This document shows, piece after piece, positions 9,958-18,943 of a DNA stretch of 64,000 bases. The stretch lies in NCBI GenBank assembly GCA_040388575.1, contig JAZKBO010000004.1:5400-69399 (forward strand). The letters are read 5' to 3'. This stretch comes from Patescibacteria group bacterium. Lineage in GTDB: Bacteria; Patescibacteriota; Minisyncoccia; Phycocordibacterales; UBA9973. The notes below the pieces were generated by a model. That model did not search any database. It saw only the letters and a list, made by a program, of their open reading frames with translations, and had not been told where the DNA came from. Made by a program: the position numbers and the translations under genes. Position 1 is the stretch's first letter, and each line of letters opens with the position of its first letter.

Positions 9958-10425
9958 TTATTTTTTAATTGCTAGTTTAGCTTTTTCCACTAATTCTGAC
10001 GAGCTGCGCACTTTGCCGCCCTCACCGATGTTAAAAACCATTTCTATGCCTAAACGCTTGCAAAGTTTATACTCTGGTATATTGTCATGCTTTCTATCTC
10101 CACCGTTAGCAAAAATATCCGGCATAACAATTTCAAGCTCTCGGCAAATTGATATATCCTTGGTGTTTATCTCATGGGTTGTAATTAAAACTTCATCTAC
10201 TGATTCGAAGGATTCGATAATTTCCTTGCGGTCGCCCTCCGGCATAAAGGCAAAGCCTTTCTTGAAGCGTAGCCAATGGTCATTATTTAGAATTACCACC
10301 AGCCTATCCCCTAATCTTTTAGCCTCTTTAAACATCCTCACATGGCCTATGTGCACTGGATCAAAGCCACCGCTCACAGCAACTGTTTTATGTGCCTTTG
10401 TTTTTTGTTTATTTTTTGCCGTCAT
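9958..10425 (-). CDS. Cytidylyltransferase-family protein (TagD/RfaE-like)
   Basis: VSGGFDPVHIGH (HxGH motif), FANGGDR, SSS. Confidence 0.85.
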   Translation of the reverse strand: MTAKNKQKTKAHKTVAVSGGFDPVHIGHVRMFKEAKRLGDRLVVILNNDHWLRFKKGFAFMPEGDRKEIIESFESVDEVLITTHEINTKDISICRELEIVMPDIFANGGDRKHDNIPEYKLCKRLGIEMVFNIGEGGKVRSSSELVEKAKLAIKK

Positions 10426-10468
10426 GTAATCTTGCCTTAAGTATATCAATTTGTGCTAAAATTGTCAT

Positions 10469-11146
10469 ATGTCAAAAAAGCTAATTTACTTTGTCCGCCA
10501 TGGTGAAACCGAGCTTAATGCTAAGGGTATTAAGCAGGGTGTAGAGGGTGCCTTAAGCGCTAGGGGCAGGGCTCAGGCAGCAGATACGGCCCAAAAGTTT
10601 CCCCGGCATCAAGGTAGCCCACAAATAATAATTTCGAGCCCTTATCCGAGGACCAGAGAAACATCTGAAATAATCGCAAATCAACTGAAGCTCAATATTG
10701 AGTACACTGATCTTTTAGCAGAAAGAAGAAATCCTTCAGAGGTAATTGGCCGCTCTACTAAAGACAGAGAGGTAGAGGCCATTGTAGACCGGATTGAAAA
10801 AAGCTTTCATGATGACAACTTTCGATATTCAGATGAGGAGAATTTCGTAGATTTAAGAGATAGAGCAAAAAAATTACTGCAGCTCATTAAATCAAGACCA
10901 GAGAGTAGGATAATTATGGTTACTCATCGAGCATTCTTGAAAATGATCCTGGCATACATGTTCCTAGACGAAACTCTTGATGCTAAAATTTTTAATAAAG
11001 TAAGTTATTTTAACCCCATAGATAATGCCGGGCTGACAATAGTGCAATACACTCCGCATTGGTTTAAAAAAGACGAATGGAAGCTAATTGCTCAAAATAG
11101 CAACCTTATCGAGGAGCCACCAAAAACTCAATTTATTTTAGAGTAA
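10469..11146 (+). CDS. Histidine phosphatase family protein
   Basis: FVRHGET, SSPYPRTRET, MVTH. Confidence 0.9.
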   Translation: MSKKLIYFVRHGETELNAKGIKQGVEGALSARGRAQAADTAQKFPRHQGSPQIIISSPYPRTRETSEIIANQLKLNIEYTDLLAERRNPSEVIGRSTKDREVEAIVDRIEKSFHDDNFRYSDEENFVDLRDRAKKLLQLIKSRPESRIIMVTHRAFLKMILAYMFLDETLDAKIFNKVSYFNPIDNAGLTIVQYTPHWFKKDEWKLIAQNSNLIEEPPKTQFILE

Positions 11147-11876
11147 AAGCAGCCTTCACGGTGATCATGATAGTCTTGTTAACTTTGGATGTATCGTAGC
11201 TGCCATAGTCAGAAACATTTAAAGAATTTTCGGAAAGCACTTGAACTACTCCGGAAGATGCTGATTTTAATTGGCCAACTTTTTTACCAGTGGATTCCGC
11301 CAGCATTGAGGCTCGTGCTTTAGCATCTGCCATAGCATCTTTAAGGAGTGCGATACGCTCGTCCGCGAGCTTGGTGTAAGTGTATTCTAGAGACTGGGTA
11401 GAAAATACTACTCCTTTATCAATTAGGGGGCTGGTGTGTTTAGACAAATTGGTTATAGCATCGACATTGACTGAATTTATTTCAATTGTTTGCTTTAAAT
11501 TGTATGATTTGTCATTCGCACTTACATTTTGCTGATTCAAATCCCAATCAGGCTCCATTGTAACTGGGGAGATGTCTATCTCGGCGTCCGTAATACCATT
11601 ACTTTTTAGAAATTCTTGTACGATAGTAAGGTCGCTAGCTAAGGCAGCGTAGCCGGTTTTTAGAGTAGGCACCTTGGTAGTCCTGGTAATAACTCCTACC
11701 CATTTGACGTGGTCAGAAGTCACGTTCTTTGTAGCGCTACCAGTAACTGAGAGAGAATTTTCAAAACCTCTAGCCTGGTAAAATACATAGGCGCCGATGG
11801 ATGCAGCAATGATGATACATAGACCTAAAACTACTTTGGTGTTTAACCACGCCATCAATTTTTCATTATTGTTCAT
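11133..11876 (-). CDS. SIMPL (DUF541) domain protein
   Basis: N-terminal TM, LSVTGSA..V.SD, AMADAKARA..LA, GVVQV. Confidence 0.8.
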   Translation of the reverse strand: MNNNEKLMAWLNTKVVLGLCIIIAASIGAYVFYQARGFENSLSVTGSATKNVTSDHVKWVGVITRTTKVPTLKTGYAALASDLTIVQEFLKSNGITDAEIDISPVTMEPDWDLNQQNVSANDKSYNLKQTIEINSVNVDAITNLSKHTSPLIDKGVVFSTQSLEYTYTKLADERIALLKDAMADAKARASMLAESTGKKVGQLKSASSGVVQVLSENSLNVSDYGSYDTSKVNKTIMITVKAAFTLK

Positions 11877-11887
11877 ATTAGTTGTAT

Positions 11888-12325
11888 TTAATGTGCCTTT
11901 AACTTATTTTCTAATTCTTTTATTTTACCCTCTATCCCTTCCAGCGCTTCTTGAATTTCAGAAATAGCGCTGACCTCATTTTCAACTTCCCCTTCCGTTT
12001 TTTGACTTAGCCTCTTTTCACCACGGAGTCCGGATAGGATAAGCTCGTTACCGATAAAGCTAGAGATAAAGGCACCCGTGAAATATAAAATAAAAACACC
12101 AATAACGAATGACGCCGGCCCGTCCCACCAAGGCGAGGTAAAAGCATCGGTAGTTGAGCAGCCTGCATAGCCTATAAAAAAGCAGGAGTGGATTTGATCC
12201 GCAGTGTGCCAAATTCCGCGCCAGAAAAGCACTACCCCTACTCCCACAACGAAAGCATACAGCTTCGGCCGATGGCTCAAAAAAGCTGTGATATGTTGTT
12301 CTAATTTAGAAACTCCGCTTCGCAT
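11888..12325 (-). CDS. Hypothetical membrane protein with C-terminal coiled coil
   Basis: Two TM segments (GVGVVLFWRGIW); leaderless-type -10 upstream. Confidence 0.75.
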   Translation of the reverse strand: MRSGVSKLEQHITAFLSHRPKLYAFVVGVGVVLFWRGIWHTADQIHSCFFIGYAGCSTTDAFTSPWWDGPASFVIGVFILYFTGAFISSFIGNELILSGLRGEKRLSQKTEGEVENEVSAISEIQEALEGIEGKIKELENKLKAH

Positions 12326-12345
12326 GGCTTAAATATAACATAGTC

Positions 12346-13500
12346 TTAAAAATTACGATAATATGCATTTGCCGTATCGGTGCAAATACGCTCTCCCTCT
12401 CCGGTAAGGACGCTACAGAATTCTAGAGCTTGTTTGTCGGAATGATAGTAGGAAATTATTTCCTTCACCGCACCGATAACGCAATTATTGAAATCGTTCG
12501 GGTCTTTAGCAATAGAACATAATTCCTTCGTGCGCATTTTTTCATGCATGGCTTGATTGGCCACATCGCGCCCCATGCTTTGGTTACATATATCGCGATA
12601 CGGCGCTTCCACTGTAGTGCATAAAGCAAAAACTTTTTTATAATCATAGCCTGTCACTTGCAATGCATAGGATGTCTGGCCCAGGTAACATTGGCCTTTA
12701 TATTTGGTGTCCACCGCAGTACAAGGGTAAAGGGGTTCCTTTGGTTTTAAATCTTTCACTATATTATCCGTATCGGCCACATTGGTGCTATCAATAATAT
12801 TTTGCATAAATACTCCACCGTAACAGGACTCCTCTTCCCAATTGCCAGACAGGTTGTCACACATTTTTAATGAATCGAAAACATCATCCTCTAGGAGCGC
12901 CATTACTCCGTGGCCAAGCCCGTGCACGCAATTAAAATAATCGAAGGTGTAATTGGCTTTACCTGGAATGTCCGCGCAGATGTTATTTAACTCTTTGGGT
13001 AAATTCGATAGGCCAATTTTTGCTACCATACCCTCCATCACGCCGTGGAAGTAGCCGCTCCAGCAATATGAGTCCCCATTCGCAAAAGCCTCCGAGATGG
13101 TTTTATAATTCCCCACCGCTGCGCGGCCTATCACATGCATAAGCGGATGGCATTGCGACAGAACGCTGGGGTTTTCAGCAGCACGCTTCTTCATGTCCGC
13201 AGTAGCTAAAGTAACTCCAGAAGTTTTTACTAAATTTTTATAATACTCAGAAAAGCAGTTATAGGTAAATGGTGCACCAGCGCAAACTTTGGAATCATAA
13301 TTCGATAAATCAATGTTCTTATCTGCTACCACGCCTTCTGGGTTGACTGCACTATTTAATACTTGGCTATCAGGCTGGAAAACTATTCGGTCGGAATTTC
13401 CACTCTTTCCGGAAGTTTTATAGTATCTAAAAAAACCAAAACTGGCCCCCGCAACCAGGAGTACAATAATTCCCATTTTAAGACCGGGGCTAAATTTCAT
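12346..13500 (-). CDS. Membrane-anchored Cys/His-rich repeat protein
   Basis: N-terminal TM; CHPLMHVIG, CWSGYFHG, CVHGLGHG, CYGGVFM; many paired Cys. Confidence 0.8.
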   Translation of the reverse strand: MKFSPGLKMGIIVLLVAGASFGFFRYYKTSGKSGNSDRIVFQPDSQVLNSAVNPEGVVADKNIDLSNYDSKVCAGAPFTYNCFSEYYKNLVKTSGVTLATADMKKRAAENPSVLSQCHPLMHVIGRAAVGNYKTISEAFANGDSYCWSGYFHGVMEGMVAKIGLSNLPKELNNICADIPGKANYTFDYFNCVHGLGHGVMALLEDDVFDSLKMCDNLSGNWEEESCYGGVFMQNIIDSTNVADTDNIVKDLKPKEPLYPCTAVDTKYKGQCYLGQTSYALQVTGYDYKKVFALCTTVEAPYRDICNQSMGRDVANQAMHEKMRTKELCSIAKDPNDFNNCVIGAVKEIISYYHSDKQALEFCSVLTGEGERICTDTANAYYRNF

Positions 13501-13514
13501 AAATTAAGTATACA

Positions 13515-14201
13515 TTACGTAGAGCTTTTTTCAATTATATCTTCCAGCTCGGCTGCAGCCTTTTTAATATATTTTTCTTGTAACTGATTTATTTTTTCTT
13601 TCATGAGTTCAAATTTTTCTGGATCCTGATCTTTCAAATTATTTATATCTTTATAAATCAAGTCGTGTTCAATCTCCGCCCAAGCATGATGGAGTATTGA
13701 AGTAAGTTGAATTTCACTTTTTAATCCACGTAGATGCTTGTACTCGCTTAATTTGAGGCGCTTAGGTCCGAAAGACATCACTATGTGAGTGGCACGGTAA
13801 CCATTTTGCTTATTCCTCTCCTCTACTTTCATAAACCCACCAATTTCATTTTTGATTCTTTTAGTAAATCTATCTTTATCTCTTTCCGTGTAGAAAATTA
13901 TTCTTATACCAACCAGGTCCTCAACTTCCTCGACAGAGTGATACAAAATACCCTCCCTTTTTTTACGTAGGAGCTTCTCCTCCAGCCTCTCTGGGGTTTT
14001 GGTCCTCGAAACAATTTGGTACTTGTAGCCCTCTTCTTCTAGCAACGCCTCCAGGGCTTTATGTGCAGCTACCCTGAAATCTTCATAATTTGGGCGCTTG
14101 TTTTTGTATTCCGTTAATATGTCGCCAATATAACTCTGCTCACCTTTATGCCTTTTAGGATTCAAAAAAGCTATGATTTTATCCATCAACTGCGCATTCA
14201 T
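13515..14201 (-). CDS. RelA/SpoT-domain small alarmone synthetase-like protein
   Basis: RTKT...EK, DLVGIRII, GYRATH, EIQLTSILHHAWAEIEH. Confidence 0.88.
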   Translation of the reverse strand: MNAQLMDKIIAFLNPKRHKGEQSYIGDILTEYKNKRPNYEDFRVAAHKALEALLEEEGYKYQIVSRTKTPERLEEKLLRKKREGILYHSVEEVEDLVGIRIIFYTERDKDRFTKRIKNEIGGFMKVEERNKQNGYRATHIVMSFGPKRLKLSEYKHLRGLKSEIQLTSILHHAWAEIEHDLIYKDINNLKDQDPEKFELMKEKINQLQEKYIKKAAAELEDIIEKSST

Positions 14202-14228
14202 AACTTAATTATACCAGACGATGGTATT

Positions 14229-14717
14229 TTATTTCACTGAAGCTTTAGAACCCCTTGAGAGATAGATTGCGCCAAACGCTGCCACACCTGCTGAAGCTAG
14301 CAAAAGGATTATATTCATGGACGCATTGCCTCCAGCCCCGGTGGTAGGTAACCCTGGATTACTAGTACCTAATACTACTGGTGTTACTCTCGCTGTACCA
14401 TTACAAGGCGACCCATCAATAGAGCTAAAGCCTACAGTTGAGGTACAACCGGCCAACCATTGTATTGCAACGCTTCCACCACTGCATGGCTCGCCTGTGG
14501 TAGCGCTATAGCCAAGAGCCGAACTACTACAACCGGGCATATATCTATTTGTAGCGGTATTGGTGCCATTACAAGGATTTCCTGTGGTAGCGCTGTATCC
14601 TAGCCCAGAAGCACAGCCAGAAGGAAATGAGGCTGTTTGAGCTTGCGCCACGCCTGTGGTTACCCCTACAACTATGAACATAACTATTAGAACTGAAAAT
14701 GCGAGTTTTTTGGTCAT
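14229..14717 (-). CDS. Secreted Cys-repeat protein with LPxTG-like C-terminal anchor
   Basis: Signal peptide (AQA); three GC.S..G(Y/F)S...G.PC.G repeats; LPTTG followed by a TM and a basic tail. Confidence 0.8.
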   Translation of the reverse strand: MTKKLAFSVLIVMFIVVGVTTGVAQAQTASFPSGCASGLGYSATTGNPCNGTNTATNRYMPGCSSSALGYSATTGEPCSGGSVAIQWLAGCTSTVGFSSIDGSPCNGTARVTPVVLGTSNPGLPTTGAGGNASMNIILLLASAGVAAFGAIYLSRGSKASVK

Positions 14718-14807
14718 AAATTAATGATTAATCTTATAATATAAAGACAGCAAACGACCCCGTTATATTTGACGGTGGGCCGCGCTTAATATTACATTGT
14801 TGGCCTG

Positions 14808-14972
14808 CTAGTTGCTGAGCTTATAGCCGAGCCATATCCCAGCTATCCCGCCTACTGCAGATAAAATAACAGAAGACATGGATAGGAAGCCGGCCCCCCA
14901 TAATGTAGGAATATAACTCCCCAAGGTGGAACCTATGCCCATAAAAAGCCAAATTAATGATTTTGAATTCAT
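14808..14972 (-). CDS. Small two-TM membrane protein (54 aa; not in ORF track)
   Basis: MNSKSLIWLFMGIGSTLGSYIPTLWGAGFLSMSSVILSAVGGIAGIWLGYKLSN*. Its ATG overlaps the upstream ATPase TGA (ATGA). Confidence 0.8.
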   Translation of the reverse strand: MNSKSLIWLFMGIGSTLGSYIPTLWGAGFLSMSSVILSAVGGIAGIWLGYKLSN

Positions 14973-15721
14973 AAATCTTTTTTAAATTTTGATAATACTT
15001 CATCTTCAAGTGCAAAAAATGGCGCGCTGCGTGCATCGCGCGGGCGAGGTAATTCATTTTTTACAATTTCCAAAATTGTCCCCGGTCGATCAGAAAATAC
15101 TGCGATACGATCCGCCAGCTCTACCGCCTCATCAATGTAATGCGAGACCATCACTATGGTTGCTCCGCGCAGCTGCCACAAATCTAGCAAGGCCTTACGC
15201 AAGGACTCCGCGGTAAAGAAATCGAGTTCTGAAAAAGGTTCATCAAGGAAAATAATATCCGGCTCGGTAACAAAGGCTCGAGCCAGCCCAACTCTCTGCT
15301 TCATGCCACCTGAAAGCTCGAAAGGGCGATGTTTGGCAAATTGCTTCAAGCCGAAATGCTCTAGAATTTTTTCCACTTTTTGTTTTCGCATGGAGACAGG
15401 TATATTCCTACCGATAAGCCCAAGCTCCACATTTTCTTCAACTGTAAGCCAGGAAAGAAGTCCGAAGTCCTGGAAAACAAATCCAACTTTATCTAGATTA
15501 AATTTTTCATGGAAAATTATTTCCCCATGGCTTTTTTCTTCAAGGCCTGTGATGAGCCGAAGTAATGTGGATTTACCGCACCCGGATGGCCCGAGGAGTA
15601 CTACAAACTCCCCCTTATGTATTGTCAGGTTAACGTCATTTAAAATGTGTAGGGCTCTTCTACCTTCTTTCCTAGGAAATATTTTGGTCAGGTTTTTAAT
15701 TGTAATAAAGGGTGTAGGCAT
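14969..15721 (-). CDS. NitT/TauT-family ABC transporter ATP-binding protein
   Basis: GPSGCGKST, LSGGMKQR, LDEPF, LPRPR. Confidence 0.92.
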   Translation of the reverse strand: MPTPFITIKNLTKIFPRKEGRRALHILNDVNLTIHKGEFVVLLGPSGCGKSTLLRLITGLEEKSHGEIIFHEKFNLDKVGFVFQDFGLLSWLTVEENVELGLIGRNIPVSMRKQKVEKILEHFGLKQFAKHRPFELSGGMKQRVGLARAFVTEPDIIFLDEPFSELDFFTAESLRKALLDLWQLRGATIVMVSHYIDEAVELADRIAVFSDRPGTILEIVKNELPRPRDARSAPFFALEDEVLSKFKKDL

Positions 15722-15726
15722 GGTTC

Positions 15727-16449
15727 TTATTCTTCAATAAGTTCGTGACTCCTTTCAAGTAATGGTAGCCAGATAAATTTATTCACTGCGTAAATTATAG
15801 TGAGGAATATCAGCACGCCGAAAAGTGTCATGGATGAGCTACCAGAAAAACTTTGGAAAAAGGCACCCAGCCCATGCGGAGTATTCAATATAATTTCCGT
15901 ACCAATTATTGCTTCCCAGCCCTCGCCTAGCCCAATAATAGCTCCAGTAATAATGCCCGGAAAAGTTAGTGGTAAAAGGTAGTATCTAATGTAATCGAGG
16001 CCATGAATCCGAGAAACTATGACTGCCTCCTCCCTGCTTTTGTTTACTTGCTTTAGCGCAGAAACGATCGAAAAAATGATTGGCCAAATAACTGTAATAA
16101 TAAGTAGGAAAATTATCGTCCAAGTCGAAGGACCCCATAAATGTACGGCTACGGGTAGCAGCGCGAAGGTTGGTACACTCTGCAGGACATCCAGGGCTGC
16201 TAGCGTTGGGGTGCTGGTTTTACCTCGCACAAAGCACACTACTAGGAGCCAGGCCAAAATCATTGAGATAATAAAAGCCACGAAGAGCCGACCAGCTGAA
16301 ACTCCGAGGTCATATAGGACAGTCGACAGATCGATACCACTAACCAGAGAGAAGGCAAAGAGGCCAATGAGCGGGATAAGAATTATCGAAAAACCGGCAA
16401 CGAGATGCTTGACGGAGCGATTGAGAGGAAAATGATGATAAGCACGCAT
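15727..16449 (-). CDS. NitT/TauT-family ABC transporter permease
   Basis: About 6 TMs; LQSVPTFALLP; EAA-like loop; W..IIGTE. Confidence 0.85.
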   Translation of the reverse strand: MRAYHHFPLNRSVKHLVAGFSIILIPLIGLFAFSLVSGIDLSTVLYDLGVSAGRLFVAFIISMILAWLLVVCFVRGKTSTPTLAALDVLQSVPTFALLPVAVHLWGPSTWTIIFLLIITVIWPIIFSIVSALKQVNKSREEAVIVSRIHGLDYIRYYLLPLTFPGIITGAIIGLGEGWEAIIGTEIILNTPHGLGAFFQSFSGSSSMTLFGVLIFLTIIYAVNKFIWLPLLERSHELIEE

Positions 16450-16482
16450 ATACTCACAATATTATACCAGGATTGGAGTTTT

Positions 16483-18231
16483 CTATCTACCTGTTCTCTC
16501 CCCTATTTGCTGGCGCCACATTGCAAAATACAATCCTTTCTTATCGAGTAGTTCTTGATGTGGCCCGGACTCAGTGATTAATCCTTTTTCTAAGACATAT
16601 ATTCGGTCCGCGTGCATTATGGTAGAAAGTCGGTGCGCGATCAATATGGTTATATGGGAATCTTCTTTCGAAATACTTCTGATAGTCTTACTTATCTCTT
16701 CTTCAGTTAGCGAATCTAGTGAGGAAGTTGCTTCATCGAAAATCAAGATGGAAGGTTTACGAAGTAATGCCCGAGCGATAGAGAGGCGCTGTTTCTCGCC
16801 ACCAGAAACCTTAACTCCACCCTCGCCAATAACAGTATCGATACCTTTATCTGCTCTCTCTAGAAGAGAGTTGGCAGCACTTTTTTGAAGTGCATCTAAA
16901 CATTCCGCTTCAGTGGCATTCGGATTTACGAAAAGTAAATTCTCCCTGATGGATCCGGCAAAAAGCTGGGTATCCTGAGTAACAAATCCAAACTGGGTGC
17001 GTAATTTATTTAAATTCAAATCTTTATTATTAATACCATTGTATTCTACTGCTCCCCCCTTCGGTTCATACAAGCCAACCAGAAGCTTCACTAAGCTTGT
17101 CTTGCCTGCACCAGATGGACCGACAAAAGCGATAGTCTCCCCCGAGCGTACTTGGAAGGAAATATTTTGCAGGGCCTCCTTAGTAGCACTAGCATACCCG
17201 AAGGTAACGTCATTAAAGGTAAGTGAAGTTATTTTACCTATTTCTTTAGCATTCGTAGGCACTGGCTCTACGGGCGTATCCATAATGGCTTTAAATTTTA
17301 CAAGCGCCACCTGGGCATCACGGAAATTATTAATAACTGTACCCAAGTCCTGCAGCGGGCCAAAAATAAAAAAGGAGTAAATGTAGAGCGAGAAAAATTC
17401 ACCGAAGGTGACTGTGCGAATAAAAACCAAGTATAGAAGAAATGCCAATATACTGGTGCGCAGGAAATTAATAAGTGTCCCCTGCACAAACGCAATACTA
17501 CGGATATAGCGCAATTTCTTCAGCTCGAGTTTAAGAATTTTATTGGTAGTGGTATTTAAACGCAAAATTTCCTGATCCACTAAGCCCAGACTTTTCACTA
17601 ATTCAATATTGCGCAAAGACTCCGTAGTGGAGCCAGCGAGCGCAGTGGTTTCCGCTAAAATTATTTTCTGAATTTTTTTAACCTTTGCAGTAAGTATGTA
17701 GCTTATACTGCCGATTACGGGTATGGTCAGGGCAAAAACGAGCGCTACTCCCCAATATATCCGAATGGCATAGATGGCAACGAAGATGAAACCGATTAAA
17801 GAAATGAAAAGTATATTAATGAAGGAAGTTATGAATACTTCGCTAGTAGTACGAACGTTTTGCAAAATTCCTAATGTCTCGCCGCTGCGCTGATCCTCAA
17901 AAACAGCATATGGTAAAGCCAAGGAATGCTCGATACCATCATTGTAAATTTTAGCCCCTAACCTCTGGGTGACCGTATTTAGATAATAATCTTGAAAATT
18001 CTTCGCCACTCTAGAAACAAAAGCTACCCCCACCGCCAATGCTAAAAGATATGAGATGCCTCCTAGAAACTGCCTTAATGTGTAGGAGTCGAACTTTGTG
18101 GCATAGTCATCAATAACATGACGGAAAATTAGTGGATCCAATAAGGAAAAGATTTGATTAATTGCCGCCAGAAAAAGCGTCAAGACGCACAGACCCCAAT
18201 ATTTTCTTAAATAATGATAAAAAATCCTCAT
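16483..18231 (-). CDS. ABC exporter (fused TMD and ATPase)
   Basis: 6-TM N-terminal domain; GPSGAGKT, VSGGEKQR, DEATSSLD, IAHRLST. Confidence 0.93.
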   Translation of the reverse strand: MRIFYHYLRKYWGLCVLTLFLAAINQIFSLLDPLIFRHVIDDYATKFDSYTLRQFLGGISYLLALAVGVAFVSRVAKNFQDYYLNTVTQRLGAKIYNDGIEHSLALPYAVFEDQRSGETLGILQNVRTTSEVFITSFINILFISLIGFIFVAIYAIRIYWGVALVFALTIPVIGSISYILTAKVKKIQKIILAETTALAGSTTESLRNIELVKSLGLVDQEILRLNTTTNKILKLELKKLRYIRSIAFVQGTLINFLRTSILAFLLYLVFIRTVTFGEFFSLYIYSFFIFGPLQDLGTVINNFRDAQVALVKFKAIMDTPVEPVPTNAKEIGKITSLTFNDVTFGYASATKEALQNISFQVRSGETIAFVGPSGAGKTSLVKLLVGLYEPKGGAVEYNGINNKDLNLNKLRTQFGFVTQDTQLFAGSIRENLLFVNPNATEAECLDALQKSAANSLLERADKGIDTVIGEGGVKVSGGEKQRLSIARALLRKPSILIFDEATSSLDSLTEEEISKTIRSISKEDSHITILIAHRLSTIMHADRIYVLEKGLITESGPHQELLDKKGLYFAMWRQQIGERTGR

Positions 18232-18276
18232 AAGTATTTATGTTAGCATGAATGAAACCTATTGAGAAATTCTCAA

Positions 18277-18402
18277 TTATCGGCTCTTGCGGCGAGCTTT
18301 AATAGAGTTAAGTAACGCGTGTTTGATAGCCAAGCGCTTCTTGGTCTTGTGTGAACGGCGGGACTTCTTCTTAGGGCTCAATGTTGTTCCTCTTTTTGCC
18401 AT
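18277..18402 (-). CDS. Small highly basic protein (41 aa; not in ORF track)
   Basis: MAKRGTTLSPKKKSRRSHKTKKRLAIKHALLNSIKARRKSR*. TATAGT-6nt-ATG upstream and a palindrome ATTGAGAA-A-TTCTCAAT just downstream. Confidence 0.7.
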   Translation of the reverse strand: MAKRGTTLSPKKKSRRSHKTKKRLAIKHALLNSIKARRKSR

Positions 18403-18439
18403 GGGATTACTATACCAAATTTTGAATTTTTAAACAATC

Positions 18440-18844
18440 TTAAAGTGGGAGGACAGAGGTACAAAAGGCGCAGCGTTTAGCTGCAATGTTTATTTCACTT
18501 AAGCATTCCGGACACTTTTTAGTTGTCGGGTCAGCTGGGGGCTGTTTGCGCGAGCGAGAGATGAGTAGATTCATGGGCTTAATTATGAAAAAGAAAATGG
18601 AAGCCGCTACGAGAATAAAGGAGATTATTGCATTAATAAAATGCCCGTACATAAATGTGCTGCCGTGAATGGTAAAAGTAAGTCCGCTCATGTCAGGAAC
18701 TTTAATGATGGCGGAAATAAGCGGTGAAATAATATCAGCTACCAATGCGGTAACAATGGTGCCGAAAGCCCCACCAATAACTACACCCACAGCCAAATCC
18801 ACCACATTTCCCCTAAGTAAAAATTGTTTGAATTCTTTTAACAT
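18440..18844 (-). CDS. mscL: Large-conductance mechanosensitive channel with C-terminal zinc ribbon
   Basis: MLKEFKQFLLRGNVVDLAVGVVIGGAF; C-terminal CPEC...CAFC. Confidence 0.95.
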   Translation of the reverse strand: MLKEFKQFLLRGNVVDLAVGVVIGGAFGTIVTALVADIISPLISAIIKVPDMSGLTFTIHGSTFMYGHFINAIISFILVAASIFFFIIKPMNLLISRSRKQPPADPTTKKCPECLSEINIAAKRCAFCTSVLPL

Positions 18845-18847
18845 ATG

Positions 18848-18920
18848 TGGACCCTAGGAGACTCGAACTCCTTACCTCCTCTTTGCAAAAGAGGCGCTCT
18901 ACCAGATGAGCTAAGGGCCC
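18848..18920 (-). tRNA. tRNA-Ala(TGC)
   Basis: GGGCCCT/AGGGTCC acceptor stem with G3:U70; anticodon arm CCTCT-TTTGCAA-AGAGG; GTTCGA T-loop; CCA not encoded. Confidence 0.95.
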
Positions 18921-18943
18921 AGATTATTTTCATCCTCTGGGGG

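Noticed and set aside
14821-15057. 78-aa minus-strand ORF in the track
   Set aside because: Wrong frame; the ATGA-coupled 54-aa membrane ORF at 14808-14972 is more plausible.
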